Of a stretch of 64,000 bases of DNA, positions 36,555 through 47,865 are shown in pieces; position 1 is the stretch's first letter, and each line of letters begins with the position of its first letter. A program made the position numbers and the translations under genes. The notes under the pieces are model-generated. The model saw nothing but the letters and a program-made list of their open reading frames with translations, did no database searches and was not told the DNA's origin. Origin of the DNA: Candidatus Shapirobacteria bacterium. Lineage in GTDB: Bacteria; Patescibacteriota; Microgenomatia; UBA12405. The stretch is taken from positions 261,867 to 325,866 of the forward strand of contig JBAYIT010000002.1 of the NCBI GenBank assembly GCA_041665485.1, read 5' to 3'.

Positions 36555-37197
36555 AATAGTCCTAACTTTAGTTTTATTCCTGATTTTTATAACCAGCATC
36601 TATTTACTTCTCCCTAAGAAAACAAACGGCCAAAAATTAGAATTTGTTTTTTTCCTTTCCAGTCTTAGCCGTAATGAAAACACCCAAGTCGTCGAATTCA
36701 TCACCAAGCACTTCGGTAATGAAATAAAATTTACCCCTGTCTATCTTTTTAGTAAAACCAATAGTCTTGAATTCAGTAACGGCCAGTACTACACCGCTAC
36801 CAACGGCCGTAGTGAAGCTAATCAAAACATTCGCGAACTTTGCGCTTTTGATTTAGCCAAAAATCTCTCCCAATGGTGGCAATTTATCACCGACTTTTCC
36901 GCTAATTGCCAGCCAGGTCACGGAAATCCGGATACCTGCTGGGTAGACTCTGCCTCTAAATCAGGATTTAATCCCAATACCATCACCGACTGCTTTAATC
37001 AACAAGCCCAATCTCTAATCGAATCTCAATTAGCAATTACCTCTAAATTAGACGATCCACAACCTAATACCGCTCTTTTAAATAATCAAATTGTTATCAC
37101 TAACTTTCAGCTTGATAATCTAAAGTTAGTCATTTGTCAAAGTTTTGCTATTACTCCCAAAGTTTGCCACCAGTCTCTAGACACCTATGATTACTAA
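36535..37197 (+). CDS. Membrane-anchored exported protein, possible thioredoxin/DsbA-like fold without CxxC
   Basis: N-terminal TM; G.SE..QN..ELC and further paired Cys. Confidence 0.5.
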   Translation: MKKLRPRIVLTLVLFLIFITSIYLLLPKKTNGQKLEFVFFLSSLSRNENTQVVEFITKHFGNEIKFTPVYLFSKTNSLEFSNGQYYTATNGRSEANQNIRELCAFDLAKNLSQWWQFITDFSANCQPGHGNPDTCWVDSASKSGFNPNTITDCFNQQAQSLIESQLAITSKLDDPQPNTALLNNQIVITNFQLDNLKLVICQSFAITPKVCHQSLDTYDY

Positions 37198-37729
37198 ACT
37201 AAATTCTCACCAAATCAGAGCCAGTCGCCCCCAAAAGGCGTTAATCGATAGATTAAGTCTCAAACGCCAGCCAATTATTTTTGTCCTCGACAACATTGTT
37301 GACACCTATAATATAGGATCGTTTTTCCGTTTAGCCGACGCCCTGTCTATTCAGAAAATATATCTCTGCGGACCAGTCGTCACTCCGCCCAATATTAAGA
37401 TTCATCGTAGTAGTATCGGCACCTGGAAATGGGTCGACTGGGAACAAGTGGATAGGGTAGGGGAGTGTCTAAAAAAGCTAAAATCCAAAGGATACAGTAT
37501 TTACACCTGTGAACAGGCTAAAAATAGTCAGAATTATTTAAAAGTCGACTACCACCCACCACTGGCCCTAGTATTTGGTAGTGAAACTAACGGTGCTTCA
37601 CCGGAGTCTATTAAAATTGCCGATAAAATAGTTGAAATACCAATGTTTGGCATTAACAAATCTCTTAATGTTTTAGTTTCTGCCGCCGTCATTGGCTACC
37701 ACCTTTCCAGCCGTCTAAAAACGAACTAG
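37187..37729 (+). CDS. TrmH/SpoU family RNA 2'-O-methyltransferase
   Basis: NIGS.FR, FGSETNG, IPMFG..KSLNV. Confidence 0.93.
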   Translation: MITKLNSHQIRASRPQKALIDRLSLKRQPIIFVLDNIVDTYNIGSFFRLADALSIQKIYLCGPVVTPPNIKIHRSSIGTWKWVDWEQVDRVGECLKKLKSKGYSIYTCEQAKNSQNYLKVDYHPPLALVFGSETNGASPESIKIADKIVEIPMFGINKSLNVLVSAAVIGYHLSSRLKTN

Positions 37730-37791
37730 ATTATACCTATACATAGGTTATATTTGCTTATTGCTAAGCTGTTCTTTTCTGCTACAATGAA

Positions 37792-39756
37792 TTGTTAACT
37801 GAAAATCGGCCAAAGATGCCAGATCCCAACAATTACACCAGTCAATCAATTATCGTCCTCGAGGGCCTTGAGCCGGTCCGAAAAAGGCCAGCCATGTACA
37901 TTGGCTCTACCGACACTCGAGGTCTCCATCATTGCGTCTACGAGCTCATTGATAATAGTAACGACGAAGCCCTGGCTGGCTTTGCTAAAAACGTCTGGGT
38001 TTTGATTAACACCAACGGTTCTGTTACCGTCGCCGATGACGGCCGGGGCATTCCCGTAGATATCATGCCCAAATACAAACGCCCCGCTGTTGAAGTTGTT
38101 ATGACCACCCTCCACTCTGGTGGCAAATTTGAAGGTCAAGCCTACCAAGTTTCCGGCGGACTTCATGGTGTTGGTGCCGCTTGTGTCAACGCTTTATCCG
38201 ATAAATTCCAAATTGAAATTTGTCGCGATCAAAAAATTTACTCCGTCGAATTTTCCCGAGGCAAAGTTACTAAGCCACTGACTGTCGTCCCCCAAACTTC
38301 CAATCCTCGCCTTGCCAAATTAGTTCCTCAGAACACTACCGGCACCACGGTTACTTTCTTCCCTGACGCTGAGATCTTTAAAGAAACCACTGAATTTGAT
38401 GCCAAAACAATCATTGATTCACTTAAAGACCGCGCCTATCTTACCAGTAAGATTTACTTTCACTTTTATGACGACCGAACCGGTTTGATTAAGCACTTCT
38501 ATTTTGAAGGTGGAATTATTTCTCTACTTTCAGAGCTAAACCTCGGTAAAGTTGTTGTCCATCAACCTATTTACCTCCATCGAGCCCAAGACGGTGTTGA
38601 TGTTGAAGTTGCCATTCAATACAACGACACCTTCAAAGAAAACACACCCTCTTTTGTTAATATCATCAACACCCACGAAGGTGGCACTCACCTCACTGGT
38701 TTTAAGATTGCTCTCACTAAAGTTGTCCGCGACTACGCTATTAAGAAAGAATTAATTAAAGGTAAAGACGACGCCATCACCGGCGATGATGTTCGTGAAG
38801 GTTTAACGGCCGTTATCTCCATTAAGATGGGTAGTAAAAACCTTCAGTTTGAAGGTCAAACTAAGGGCAGGTTAGGCAATTCTGAAGTCCAGCCGATTGT
38901 CAATAAAATTGTCAAAGAAGAGCTCGAAATCTTTTTTGAAGAACATCCTGATGTTGCCAAAGCAATTGTCGGTAAATCACTTCTCGCCATTCAAATCCGT
39001 AAAGCTGCCAAAGCTGCCAAAGATGCTATCATGCGCAAAGGTGCTTTTGATTCTCTCGGTCTGCCGGGAAAACTGGCTGATTGTCAATCAAAAAATCCGG
39101 CCGATAGTGAAATTTTTATTGTTGAAGGCGACTCTGCCGGTGGTAGCGCCAAGCAAGCCCGTGATCGCAAGTATCAGGCCATCTTGCCCTTATGGGGTAA
39201 GGGGCTTAACACTGAAGGCATGAGACTCGATAAAATTGTCGGCTCAGAAAAATTCAAAGACCTAATTATTGCCCTTGGCATGGGAATAGGGGAGACACTC
39301 GATGCCGGAAAACTCCGTTATCACCGCATTATTCTCATGGCCGACGCCGACGTCGACGGCTCCCACATCAACACTCTCTGGCTCACCCTCCTCTTCCGTC
39401 ATCTCACTCCTTCAGTTGAAAAAGGTCACGTTTATATCGCCATGCCTCCGCTTTACGCTATTAAACAAGGCAAGAAAATCAAGTATGCCTACACCGAAGA
39501 AGAAAAAGAAAAGTATCTTCGGGAGCTTCCCGCCGGTGAAAACGTCAGTGTTCAACGTTACAAGGGTTTAGGTGAAATGAATCCTCAACAGCTGTGGGAA
39601 ACTACTATGGACCCTCAAACCAGAATTCTCAAACGGATTGATATTGCTGATGCCCAAAGAGCCGACGAAGTCTTTCGGACACTTATGAGCGAGGAAGTTC
39701 CTCCCCGCAAAAAATTTATCACCACCCACGCCCATTTAGCCAATTTGGATGTTTAA
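37792..39756 (+). CDS. gyrB: DNA gyrase subunit B
   Basis: VRKRPAMYIG, DDGRGIP, SGGLHGVG, VEGDSAGG, DADVDG, QRYKGLGEM. Confidence 0.97.
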   Translation: MLTENRPKMPDPNNYTSQSIIVLEGLEPVRKRPAMYIGSTDTRGLHHCVYELIDNSNDEALAGFAKNVWVLINTNGSVTVADDGRGIPVDIMPKYKRPAVEVVMTTLHSGGKFEGQAYQVSGGLHGVGAACVNALSDKFQIEICRDQKIYSVEFSRGKVTKPLTVVPQTSNPRLAKLVPQNTTGTTVTFFPDAEIFKETTEFDAKTIIDSLKDRAYLTSKIYFHFYDDRTGLIKHFYFEGGIISLLSELNLGKVVVHQPIYLHRAQDGVDVEVAIQYNDTFKENTPSFVNIINTHEGGTHLTGFKIALTKVVRDYAIKKELIKGKDDAITGDDVREGLTAVISIKMGSKNLQFEGQTKGRLGNSEVQPIVNKIVKEELEIFFEEHPDVAKAIVGKSLLAIQIRKAAKAAKDAIMRKGAFDSLGLPGKLADCQSKNPADSEIFIVEGDSAGGSAKQARDRKYQAILPLWGKGLNTEGMRLDKIVGSEKFKDLIIALGMGIGETLDAGKLRYHRIILMADADVDGSHINTLWLTLLFRHLTPSVEKGHVYIAMPPLYAIKQGKKIKYAYTEEEKEKYLRELPAGENVSVQRYKGLGEMNPQQLWETTMDPQTRILKRIDIADAQRADEVFRTLMSEEVPPRKKFITTHAHLANLDV

Positions 39757-39762
39757 AAAATT

Positions 39763-42378
39763 ATGGCTGATAATTTAAAACCAACTCCACCAGTCTCAAA
39801 CAATCCCATCGGTAAGGTACTTTCGGTTGATATCGTTCCCGAGATGGAGAAGTCTTATCTTGACTACGCCATGTCAGTCATCGTTGCCCGGGCTCTACCC
39901 GATGTCCGTGATGGTCTTAAGCCTGTTCACCGCCGAATTATCTATGCCATGGAAAAAATGGGGCTAGGCCCCACCGGCAGAAATGTCAAATCGGCCGCCG
40001 TAGTTGGTGAAGTTCTCAAAACTTATCACCCTCACGGCGACATTGCCCTCTACGGCTCTCTAGTCCGCATGGCTCAAGAGTTTTCTCTCCGTTACCCACT
40101 TGTCCACGGTCAAGGAAATTTTGGCTCAATTGATGGCGATCCGCCCGCCGCCATGCGTTACACCGAGGTAAAAATGAGCAAAATCATGCCGGAAATGGTC
40201 ATCGACATCAACAAAGAAGTTGTTGACATGGTCCCCAACTACGATGCTACTACAGTCGAACCTTCCGTTTTACCTTCCAGAATCCCCAACCTTCTCCTTA
40301 ACGGTGCCGACGGTATCGCTGTTGGCATGGCCACCAGAATTCCCCCCCATAATCTTAAAGAGATCTGTGAAGCCCTAAACTTTGTTCTTGACCATTGTCG
40401 GCTAGAAAAAGTTGAAGAAGAAATCGCCATATCCGCTATCAAAAAACCCACCACCCTCGACCTGGTTCTCAAACCAATCTACGAACTAGAAAAAATAAAA
40501 TTCAATTTTGAAACCTCCGCTACTGTCGAAGATCTAACTCAAATCATCACTGGCCCCGATTTCCCCACCCGCGGTGAAATATTTGGTAAGAAGGGGATTA
40601 TTGAAATGTATACCACCGGTCGGGGAAAATTCATGCTCCGTGGCAAAGCCGTTATCGAAGAAACTAAATCCGGCAAGATCAGGATTATCATTTCCGAAAT
40701 CCCTTACCAAGTAAACAAATCCGAATTCGTTAAAAAAATCGCCGACCTGGCTAAAGATAAAAAAATCATTGGTATCTCCGATCTTCGTGATGAATCAGAC
40801 CGTCATGGCATTCGTGTCGTCGTCGAAATGCGCAAAACTGCCAAACCAAAAAGTGTTCTTAATAAACTTTATAAATACACTCAGCTTCAAACTTCCTACT
40901 CTGCCAATATTTTAGCTCTAGTTGACGGTGTTCCTCAAACCTTGAATCTCCGCCAAATTCTCCTTCTTTTCCTCCGTCACCGTCAAACTGTCGTCCGTCG
41001 CCGGTGCATCTTTGATCTCAAATCCAATTACCTTCGCTCTCATATTCTCGAAGGTTTGAAAATCGCTCTCGACAATATGGACGAAGTCATTAAAACTATC
41101 CGAGCTTCGGCTACCGTTGAAGTCGCCAAAGATAATCTTATTTCTAAATTCAAATTTACCGATCTCCAAGCCCAAGCCATCCTGGAAATGCAACTTCGTC
41201 GCCTGGCTGCCCTCGAACGCCAAAAAATCGACGATGAATACAAGGCTGTCCAAGCCACCATTGAGGATCTAACCAGTACTATTACCAAATCGGAGAAAAT
41301 GATTAATACCTTAAAATCGGAAAACAATCAGGTCATTGAAAGTTACCAGGACCCCCGCCGAACCAAAATCTATACTCGCGAACTAAATGATTTTACTGAA
41401 GAAGATCTGGTTCCCAACGAACCTACTCTGGTCATGCTCACTCACGGCGGTTACATCAAAAGAATGTCCGGCGACAGTTACCGCAATCAACAGCGTGGTG
41501 GTGTTGGTGTCTTGGGCATGGCCACCAAGACTGAAGACGAAATTGAAAATATGTTCTCTGTCAACACTCACGACTTTCTCCTCTTCTTTACCAATCGTGG
41601 CCGAGTCTTTAAAACCAGAGTCTGGGAAATTAATGAAAGTACCCGTCAGGCCAAGGGTCAATCCATCATCAATCTTATCAACATTGTCCCCGGCGAAACC
41701 ATTCAAGCCGTTTTACCTCTAACCAAAGAAGTCGGTGTCAAGTATATCCTCCTTGCCACCAAAAGTGGCACCATCAAAAAAACATCTATTGAAAAATTCG
41801 CCAATATCCGTCAAAATGGCCTAACTGCTATTAAGTTAGACCAAAACGATCAGCTTATTTGGGCCAAGTCAACTTCTGGTAACGATCAGATATTTCTCGT
41901 TACTCACCTTGGTAAATGCATCCGCTTTAATGAAACTGACACCCGCCCCATGGGTCGTAATACCCGCGGAGTCCGTGGAGTCACTCTCAAGCCAAACGAC
42001 TACCTTGTTAGCCTAGATATTGTTCCCCAAGCCACTAAAACTTTCCGTCATCTTCTAGCCGTCACCGAAAAGGGGATAGGCAAACGGTCCAATGTCTATC
42101 TTTACCCTCTCCAAAAACGTGGTGGGATCGGAGTTAAAGTTGCCAATCTTAACGATAAAACTGGGCTCATCGCCGCCGCTCAAGTCGTCTCCGAAACCGA
42201 TAATCAGGTTATTCTTGTTTCCAAAAAGGCTATCGCTATCCGCATGTCTCTCTCCAATATTCCCACTCTCAATCGCAACACCCGCGGAGTCATTCTCATG
42301 CGCTTTAAAGATAAAGATGATAGATTAAGTACTATGACGGTACTTTCCAACAATACTACAAACGAGTCAGCTTCCTAA
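39763..42378 (+). CDS. gyrA: DNA gyrase subunit A
   Basis: [29 protein letters not shown], GyrA box QQRGGVG. Confidence 0.97.
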   Translation: MADNLKPTPPVSNNPIGKVLSVDIVPEMEKSYLDYAMSVIVARALPDVRDGLKPVHRRIIYAMEKMGLGPTGRNVKSAAVVGEVLKTYHPHGDIALYGSLVRMAQEFSLRYPLVHGQGNFGSIDGDPPAAMRYTEVKMSKIMPEMVIDINKEVVDMVPNYDATTVEPSVLPSRIPNLLLNGADGIAVGMATRIPPHNLKEICEALNFVLDHCRLEKVEEEIAISAIKKPTTLDLVLKPIYELEKIKFNFETSATVEDLTQIITGPDFPTRGEIFGKKGIIEMYTTGRGKFMLRGKAVIEETKSGKIRIIISEIPYQVNKSEFVKKIADLAKDKKIIGISDLRDESDRHGIRVVVEMRKTAKPKSVLNKLYKYTQLQTSYSANILALVDGVPQTLNLRQILLLFLRHRQTVVRRRCIFDLKSNYLRSHILEGLKIALDNMDEVIKTIRASATVEVAKDNLISKFKFTDLQAQAILEMQLRRLAALERQKIDDEYKAVQATIEDLTSTITKSEKMINTLKSENNQVIESYQDPRRTKIYTRELNDFTEEDLVPNEPTLVMLTHGGYIKRMSGDSYRNQQRGGVGVLGMATKTEDEIENMFSVNTHDFLLFFTNRGRVFKTRVWEINESTRQAKGQSIINLINIVPGETIQAVLPLTKEVGVKYILLATKSGTIKKTSIEKFANIRQNGLTAIKLDQNDQLIWAKSTSGNDQIFLVTHLGKCIRFNETDTRPMGRNTRGVRGVTLKPNDYLVSLDIVPQATKTFRHLLAVTEKGIGKRSNVYLYPLQKRGGIGVKVANLNDKTGLIAAAQVVSETDNQVILVSKKAIAIRMSLSNIPTLNRNTRGVILMRFKDKDDRLSTMTVLSNNTTNESAS

Positions 42379-42680
42379 CATATTATAAGACACCAGCCAT
42401 CTAAAACAGGGTAGGGGATATATAAGATATTATAAGATAACAGGCAAACCTAACCCACGACTAGCAGTTAATTAGTCAGATTGCTAACAAGGTATATAAA
42501 GTTTTTATTACCTTATAACAGGCATAATTTACGATCTTACTTGCTCAACTATATCACACTCTGACTACTCATCCTCTACACTCAAATATCTTCAATTTAA
42601 GCCTATCCTTTGGCCTACCTATATAAATCAATTTTGAGGCTCCGTAATTTTAGAGCCGAATCCGCCGAAGCGGAAAGTTA

Positions 42681-43619
42681 TTAACTCTTCCGCAAAGGAG
42701 GATTACGAAAATGAAATTTCTCGTGTACCTCTCTTAATCTAGCATCGGTTACGTGAGTGTAAATTTGAGTAGTAGCAATATTCTTATGCCCCAACATTTC
42801 TTGAACCGAACGTAGATCAGCTCCATTTCTCAATAGGTCCGTTGCCATTGAGTGTCTCAAGGTATGTGGTGTTGCTTCTACTGGCAACCTTGCTCCCAAT
42901 ACGTATTTTTTCACCAACCGCTGAATTGATCTGGCTGACAATCTCACCGAATTATCATCACTCACCAAATCAGTCTTCCTTAAATTTCTAATGAATAGGG
43001 GAGTATAGTGGTCAACTCTCCCGCGTAGATATTTCATCACCGCTTCCCCTGCCCGAGGAGATATAAAAATCACCCGAAATCTACCACCCTTTCCCATTAC
43101 GCCAAACTCTCGGGTTTTCAAATTAATCTGTTCCCTGTTTAAGCTTACTAGCTCCGATACTCGAAGTCCTGTAGAAAACAATAATTCCAAAATTGCTCTA
43201 TCTCTTGGGCCATTATTTTGCGACGTCATCAGTTGGTTAAGTAAACGCTCCATTTGCTCGGCTGTTAGAAACTTAAGGCTGTGATCACGAAACTTAGGTA
43301 CTTCCAGCTTTTCTGGCCCCATAGCTTTAATGTCATTTTTAACTAAATACTTCAGTAACGATCTTAGGGCAATAATATAATACCCTTGAGTCGACACCGC
43401 CAAATCTCTGTTAGCTAAATTCAGTCTAAATCTTCGAATACTTTCTGAATCGATATCTGAAATCAACGGCACTGATCCTCTCGCTTTTGTCAAAAAAATC
43501 AACAATTCATTTAAATAATGGCGATAGTTTCTAATTGTCAGCCGAGAACAGTTTCTTTCAACTACTAAATACTCCAAGAATCTATTTACAAACGTTTCTA
43601 GAGGCTCTGGTGAAGCCAT
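42681..43619 (-). CDS. XerC/XerD-family tyrosine recombinase
   Basis: TGLRVSEL, GKG, HTLRHS, QEMLGH..IATTQIY (R-K-HxxR-H-Y). Confidence 0.95.
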   Translation of the reverse strand: MASPEPLETFVNRFLEYLVVERNCSRLTIRNYRHYLNELLIFLTKARGSVPLISDIDSESIRRFRLNLANRDLAVSTQGYYIIALRSLLKYLVKNDIKAMGPEKLEVPKFRDHSLKFLTAEQMERLLNQLMTSQNNGPRDRAILELLFSTGLRVSELVSLNREQINLKTREFGVMGKGGRFRVIFISPRAGEAVMKYLRGRVDHYTPLFIRNLRKTDLVSDDNSVRLSARSIQRLVKKYVLGARLPVEATPHTLRHSMATDLLRNGADLRSVQEMLGHKNIATTQIYTHVTDARLREVHEKFHFRNPPLRKS

Positions 43620-43855
43620 ATTAAATATTACCTATCTTAAGGAATAACCTATCTATACCCTGCCAACTTCTGGTTGGAGAAGTCCAAAAATCGGCTTTGA
43701 GCCTAAAAACAAATTTTTTCAACCAACCCCCAAACCGGAGAATTATGGTCATTTAATTAGTTAATTATAAAATTTTATTTTTTAATAATTGAAAATTGTA
43801 AATTGAAAATTGAAAATTAGTTTTTGTGTCCTCCCCTCCCTTTCTATTTTAACAT

Positions 43856-43883
43856 ACGTCGCAAAACATACATTGTGCGACAT
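43856..43883. other. dif-like Xer recombination/binding site
   Basis: Minus strand ATGTCGCACAA-TGTATG-TTTTGCGACGT: 11-6-11 layout, arms 9/11 inverted. Confidence 0.65.
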
Positions 43884-44285
43884 ACCATTTTAGCATGCTA
43901 GGGCCCCGGGGGAAAGAGCAGAAAACATTTACTCACCTATCCTAAAATAAATAATGACAATTCATGTATTACGGATCACGATTTACGTATCACGAACTAC
44001 CATCCCCTTAACCTAGCACTCTCGCATCTTCTCTGGCGACAAATTAACTTTTCCACAAGACTGTATCACTCTATATCACCTATCCTATAATTATTATAGG
44101 TCCCACCCTGTGAAAATTATAGGATAAAACGTGAAAATCGACTTTACCCACCTCCCCTCTCCCCCACCCCCCCACCACCTAAGAAAAATTCTTAAATCCT
44201 AATTTCTAATTTCTAAATTATTTTTTAAATTCTTAAATTTTTCTAAATTCTAGACTCGTAGATTCTTAAATTCCTGATTCCAAGC

Positions 44286-45068
44286 TCACCATTCCACCAC
44301 CAACAGTAACGACAACAAGGCTGCGCCGGCCATCCAAGCCGCCATTAACCAATTCTTATTAAAGAGCCTACCACGTATTTCAGCCCAAATTAAGCCGGAA
44401 AATAGATATATTGCCACCACCAAATACATTGATCCCTTAAAAATTCCCAACGGCCAAAAAGAAAATATCAACGACAATTCAGCCAACAGCCAAGATGGCA
44501 CCAACAAAAACGGCCACTTCTCAATATCTTTACCATCATCGGGTAATTCAATTGCCACCGACCAAAAATGATAGGCAAAAATCACCACTCCCACCCCTCC
44601 CACCGCCAGCATATTTATCCAAAAGGGCCACCTGTAAGACAAAATAGTATTAAACAAAAAAAAGCTGGCCAAAAGCAAAACTACCAGGCTTATAGTGTAA
44701 GCTGCCCGATATAATGGCACAGTCTTAAAGCCCAAAGCTACCATAAACACGTTCTCCGCCAGAAAAACAAAATAATTAATCACTCCATAAATCGCCGTTA
44801 AACCCAAATTCCACCACCATTCTAGTCCCAAAAGCGACACAAACATTCCAAACCCCAAAAAAAGCAATAATGGCAACAATACCACCCATAGCCGAAGCCA
44901 ATAATCAGTGCTAAAAATAAGCCCCAAACCAAACCAAAAACAAAAAACAGTTAAAGTCAACCCAACCAATACCCCGTATTGTCTCGATTCGTAGGGCAAA
45001 CCAACAAAAAAAATAAAACCCAAAGAAAGGATTAAGGATAGAATTACATACTTAAGTCTTTTCGACAT
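44286..45068 (-). CDS. Polytopic membrane protein
   Basis: About eight hydrophobic helices. Confidence 0.8.
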   Translation of the reverse strand: MSKRLKYVILSLILSLGFIFFVGLPYESRQYGVLVGLTLTVFCFWFGLGLIFSTDYWLRLWVVLLPLLLFLGFGMFVSLLGLEWWWNLGLTAIYGVINYFVFLAENVFMVALGFKTVPLYRAAYTISLVVLLLASFFLFNTILSYRWPFWINMLAVGGVGVVIFAYHFWSVAIELPDDGKDIEKWPFLLVPSWLLAELSLIFSFWPLGIFKGSMYLVVAIYLFSGLIWAEIRGRLFNKNWLMAAWMAGAALLSLLLVVEW

Positions 45069-45741
45069 ATTCTCCTCCCAAGTGAACCGCCACTACGTCT
45101 TGATGTTCTTCAAGTTCCTCTACAAGATCGGCAATTTTTAAGGCAACTTCTTCATCAGTAATCGGAAGTGGTAGTTTAACTTTCATAATTGGCGTCAAAG
45201 AGTTTATTTCTATCCCCAAAGCCACCATTTTTTCTTTTAGAAAAGGCACCCTGTCCTTAGTCATAAATAGCGACACCCCGTCGATTTCTACCACCCCCAG
45301 GTCAATCATCTCCAATTGTTCCAAGTCGCTAAGCTCTCTTTCCACTTCCATCTCCATTAACCGATCAAATAAATAAGCCACACTCCCCTCTTCCCCCAGA
45401 CTCCCGCCATGAGTTTTAATAATTAGCTTAATTTCCGATAATGATCTATTTTTATTATCAGTCTCCAGTTCGATTATCATCGGCACTCCGGAAATCGCGT
45501 AGCCCTCAAGCGTCAGGCTAATCAAATTTTTTTGCCTTTCAGCAAAACTCGATAAGAGCCGATCAATATTATCTTTGGGCATATTAGCCATCCTCGCCTT
45601 TTCAATGGCTGTTTTTAATCCACTGTCTTGTCTGATGGCCGTAATTATCCCTCTGGCCAATTTAGTAAAAGTCTCACTTCTTTTTTTATCAACAGACCCT
45701 TTTCTGTTTTTGATATTCGCCCACTTAGAATGACCGGACAT
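45052..45741 (-). CDS. yebC: YebC/PmpR family protein
   Basis: MSGHSKWANIK, NMPKDNI, TDNKNR. Confidence 0.95.
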   Translation of the reverse strand: MSGHSKWANIKNRKGSVDKKRSETFTKLARGIITAIRQDSGLKTAIEKARMANMPKDNIDRLLSSFAERQKNLISLTLEGYAISGVPMIIELETDNKNRSLSEIKLIIKTHGGSLGEEGSVAYLFDRLMEMEVERELSDLEQLEMIDLGVVEIDGVSLFMTKDRVPFLKEKMVALGIEINSLTPIMKVKLPLPITDEEVALKIADLVEELEEHQDVVAVHLGGEYVEKT

Positions 45742-46543
45742 AGTTATTGTATTTTAACATCTGGCCCCAATCCTTGCCCAACTCAACCACCACTTCAGTA
45801 ACATTTTCGTCATCAATAATTTCCAAATCACAGCCAAGAATGCTATTAATAGAATTAACTATTTGTTCATCTGTCTCAGTTAAATTGTTAATCATTTTTA
45901 CCCTACAATTAGTATTCGTTTCCATATCATTGACAACTCCCGACACCAATACTCCTGCCCACTCCAACCGCTTCGCCACCATCGTTGCCAATCCGCTCAA
46001 CCCCGATCGATTAACCACTACCCATCTTAAATTACTCAAAGACAACCAATCAATATTGGCATATTCCCTCTCCATTCTTTCTCCTGTAAATTCTGCCATA
46101 ACCTCGTTTTTTTCTAACATCACCCCCCGAGAAACTTGCCAATTCCACCACCATCTTAAGTTTGACAAATTAGCCAGAGCCAATTTTCCCCGCCACCAAT
46201 CAGGATCATCTCCTATCATAATTTTGTCCGGTATTAAGCCAAAGTTAAAGAATAGAATTTTGTTTACTAAACCACTCCCCTCTTTAGCTACCACCAACAG
46301 TTTCCCCACTTTTCCTGCTTCATACCAGCCGTAGCCACCGGGAATCCAAAGTTTAAAATCGGCTGGCAATCGCGACACCGACACCAGCCTCCTCTGAATT
46401 GATATATTTACTAATTCCACTCCCCAATCACCAAAACTGGCGATTCTTAAATCTCCGTCGGCCCGGCCCCAAGCTAATCTCAAAAAACCAATTCCTACTA
46501 AAAAGATTAGCAATAACCACCAACTAACCTGCCATTTCTTCAT
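45725..46543 (-). CDS. Membrane-anchored protein with LytR C-terminal-like domain
   Basis: VVNRSGLSGLA...A..L...G and VELGKDW motifs. Confidence 0.7.
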   Translation of the reverse strand: MKKWQVSWWLLLIFLVGIGFLRLAWGRADGDLRIASFGDWGVELVNISIQRRLVSVSRLPADFKLWIPGGYGWYEAGKVGKLLVVAKEGSGLVNKILFFNFGLIPDKIMIGDDPDWWRGKLALANLSNLRWWWNWQVSRGVMLEKNEVMAEFTGERMEREYANIDWLSLSNLRWVVVNRSGLSGLATMVAKRLEWAGVLVSGVVNDMETNTNCRVKMINNLTETDEQIVNSINSILGCDLEIIDDENVTEVVVELGKDWGQMLKYNNYVRSF

Positions 46544-47204
46544 ATTTTTCCTGTTCTTCCATCCAGTCAACCCCTAACGGTGACTCAAATTCTAATCTTT
46601 CTCCAGAAATCGGATGATTAAATTTCAACCTTTTCGCGTGTAACATAATTCTCCTCCCCTCTCCCTTACCATAGAGACTATCTCCCACCACCGGCCAACC
46701 AAGATAACTCAAATGAACCCTAATTTGGTGAGTCCGGCCGGTTTCTATAAAAATGTTAAGCAGACTAAATAAAAGTTCGTTCTTTTGGTACAATCTCTCT
46801 CTTTTAAATTTCGTTACTGCCATCTTCCCTTCAATTGTAACTCCAAATCTTCCCCATGTTCCAAATCTTTTTCGGCCAATTGGCATTTTGATTTGGCCCT
46901 CCACTACTGTCTTCCCGCATACTAACGCCAAATATTCTTTACTAACCCGTCTTTCCTTAAAATCACCCTGCAGTTGCTTTAAAATCGACTCTTTTTTAGC
47001 CACCACCACCAAGCCTGTCGTTCCTTTATCCAAACGATGAACAATCCCCGCCCTGGCTAATTTAGCATTTCCCCCGCGATTCAGTAAAAGCCACGATTCT
47101 AAAGTCTCCCCTGCTCTCTTTCCCTCATTTGTCACCACCAAACCGGCCGGTTTATCAACCACCATCAAAAAATCATCTTCAAAAATTATTCTCTCTTCTT
47201 CCAT
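46524..47204 (-). CDS. rluD: RluA/RluD family pseudouridine synthase
   Basis: VVDKPAGL, HRLDKGTTG, TGRTHQIRVH, GDSLY. Confidence 0.92.
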   Translation of the reverse strand: MEEERIIFEDDFLMVVDKPAGLVVTNEGKRAGETLESWLLLNRGGNAKLARAGIVHRLDKGTTGLVVVAKKESILKQLQGDFKERRVSKEYLALVCGKTVVEGQIKMPIGRKRFGTWGRFGVTIEGKMAVTKFKRERLYQKNELLFSLLNIFIETGRTHQIRVHLSYLGWPVVGDSLYGKGEGRRIMLHAKRLKFNHPISGERLEFESPLGVDWMEEQEKYEEMAG

Positions 47205-47494
47205 ATTTCTCCTCCAATAATTAACACCATTCCCCCAAATATCAACCAATCAAAAACGTTATTTTTAATTGGCAAAAAAGGAACACTCAAATTATCAATC
47301 ACGCATCCACCACCCAGCCTTTGACCAAAATTAGCCCATCCTCCCAAAGTTAAAATCCCCCACCCCAAGGGTAATCTTTTATTTTTTAATGTCAAAAACA
47401 ACAAATAGATAGTTAAAAATATCAAAATCAAGCCAATAATCCAAAAAAGACCGTCAAACTTAAAACCAAAACTAATTCCGCAATTTTCCACCAT
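47186..47494 (-). CDS. lspA: Short signal peptidase II-like protein
   Basis: N.GISFG, GG..NF..RL..G.VID, NVFD; dksA-lspA-rluD gene order. Confidence 0.75.
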   Translation of the reverse strand: MVENCGISFGFKFDGLFWIIGLILIFLTIYLLFLTLKNKRLPLGWGILTLGGWANFGQRLGGGCVIDNLSVPFLPIKNNVFDWLIFGGMVLIIGGEIWKKRE

Positions 47495-47499
47495 TAATA

Positions 47500-47865
47500 C
47501 TAGCTCTCTATTTCTCTCTCACAAATGATGCAAATAGTCGATTCTGGTCTTGCCGCCAGCCTGTCGGTATCAATCATCTTGCCACACTTTTCACAAGTTC
47601 CATATTTACCAATCCTCAATCTTGTTAACGCTCGTCGAAATTGAACCACCTGTTTTTTAACAAAATTAACCTTGATTGTTGATTCAAAATGGCCCAATTG
47701 CTCATTTACATCCTCGTCTGAAGAATTCTCCACCAGCCTTTCTTCATTATTAAAAGGGTCTGCATTTCCCAAATTTTTCTCTCTTCTTTTTAGTCTAACG
47801 ACCTCTCCTTCCAAAAATTTTTTTATCGGCACTAATAATGAATTGGGAAACTTTAGATTGTTCAT
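47500..47865 (-). CDS. DksA/TraR C4 zinc-finger protein
   Basis: YGTCEKCG..I...RL...P....CIIC. Confidence 0.9.
   Translation of the reverse strand: MNNLKFPNSLLVPIKKFLEGEVVRLKRREKNLGNADPFNNEERLVENSSDEDVNEQLGHFESTIKVNFVKKQVVQFRRALTRLRIGKYGTCEKCGKMIDTDRLAARPESTICIICEREIES

Noticed and set aside
42681-43619. Prophage or integron integrase
   Set aside because: Housekeeping Xer-like length and motifs, no IntI-specific insertion recognised, no phage genes or attC-type cassette array nearby
43620-44285. Possible replication origin near gyrBA
   Set aside because: Only one reasonable DnaA-box match (TTTTCCACA near 44050), no dnaA, and no change in strand bias across the region
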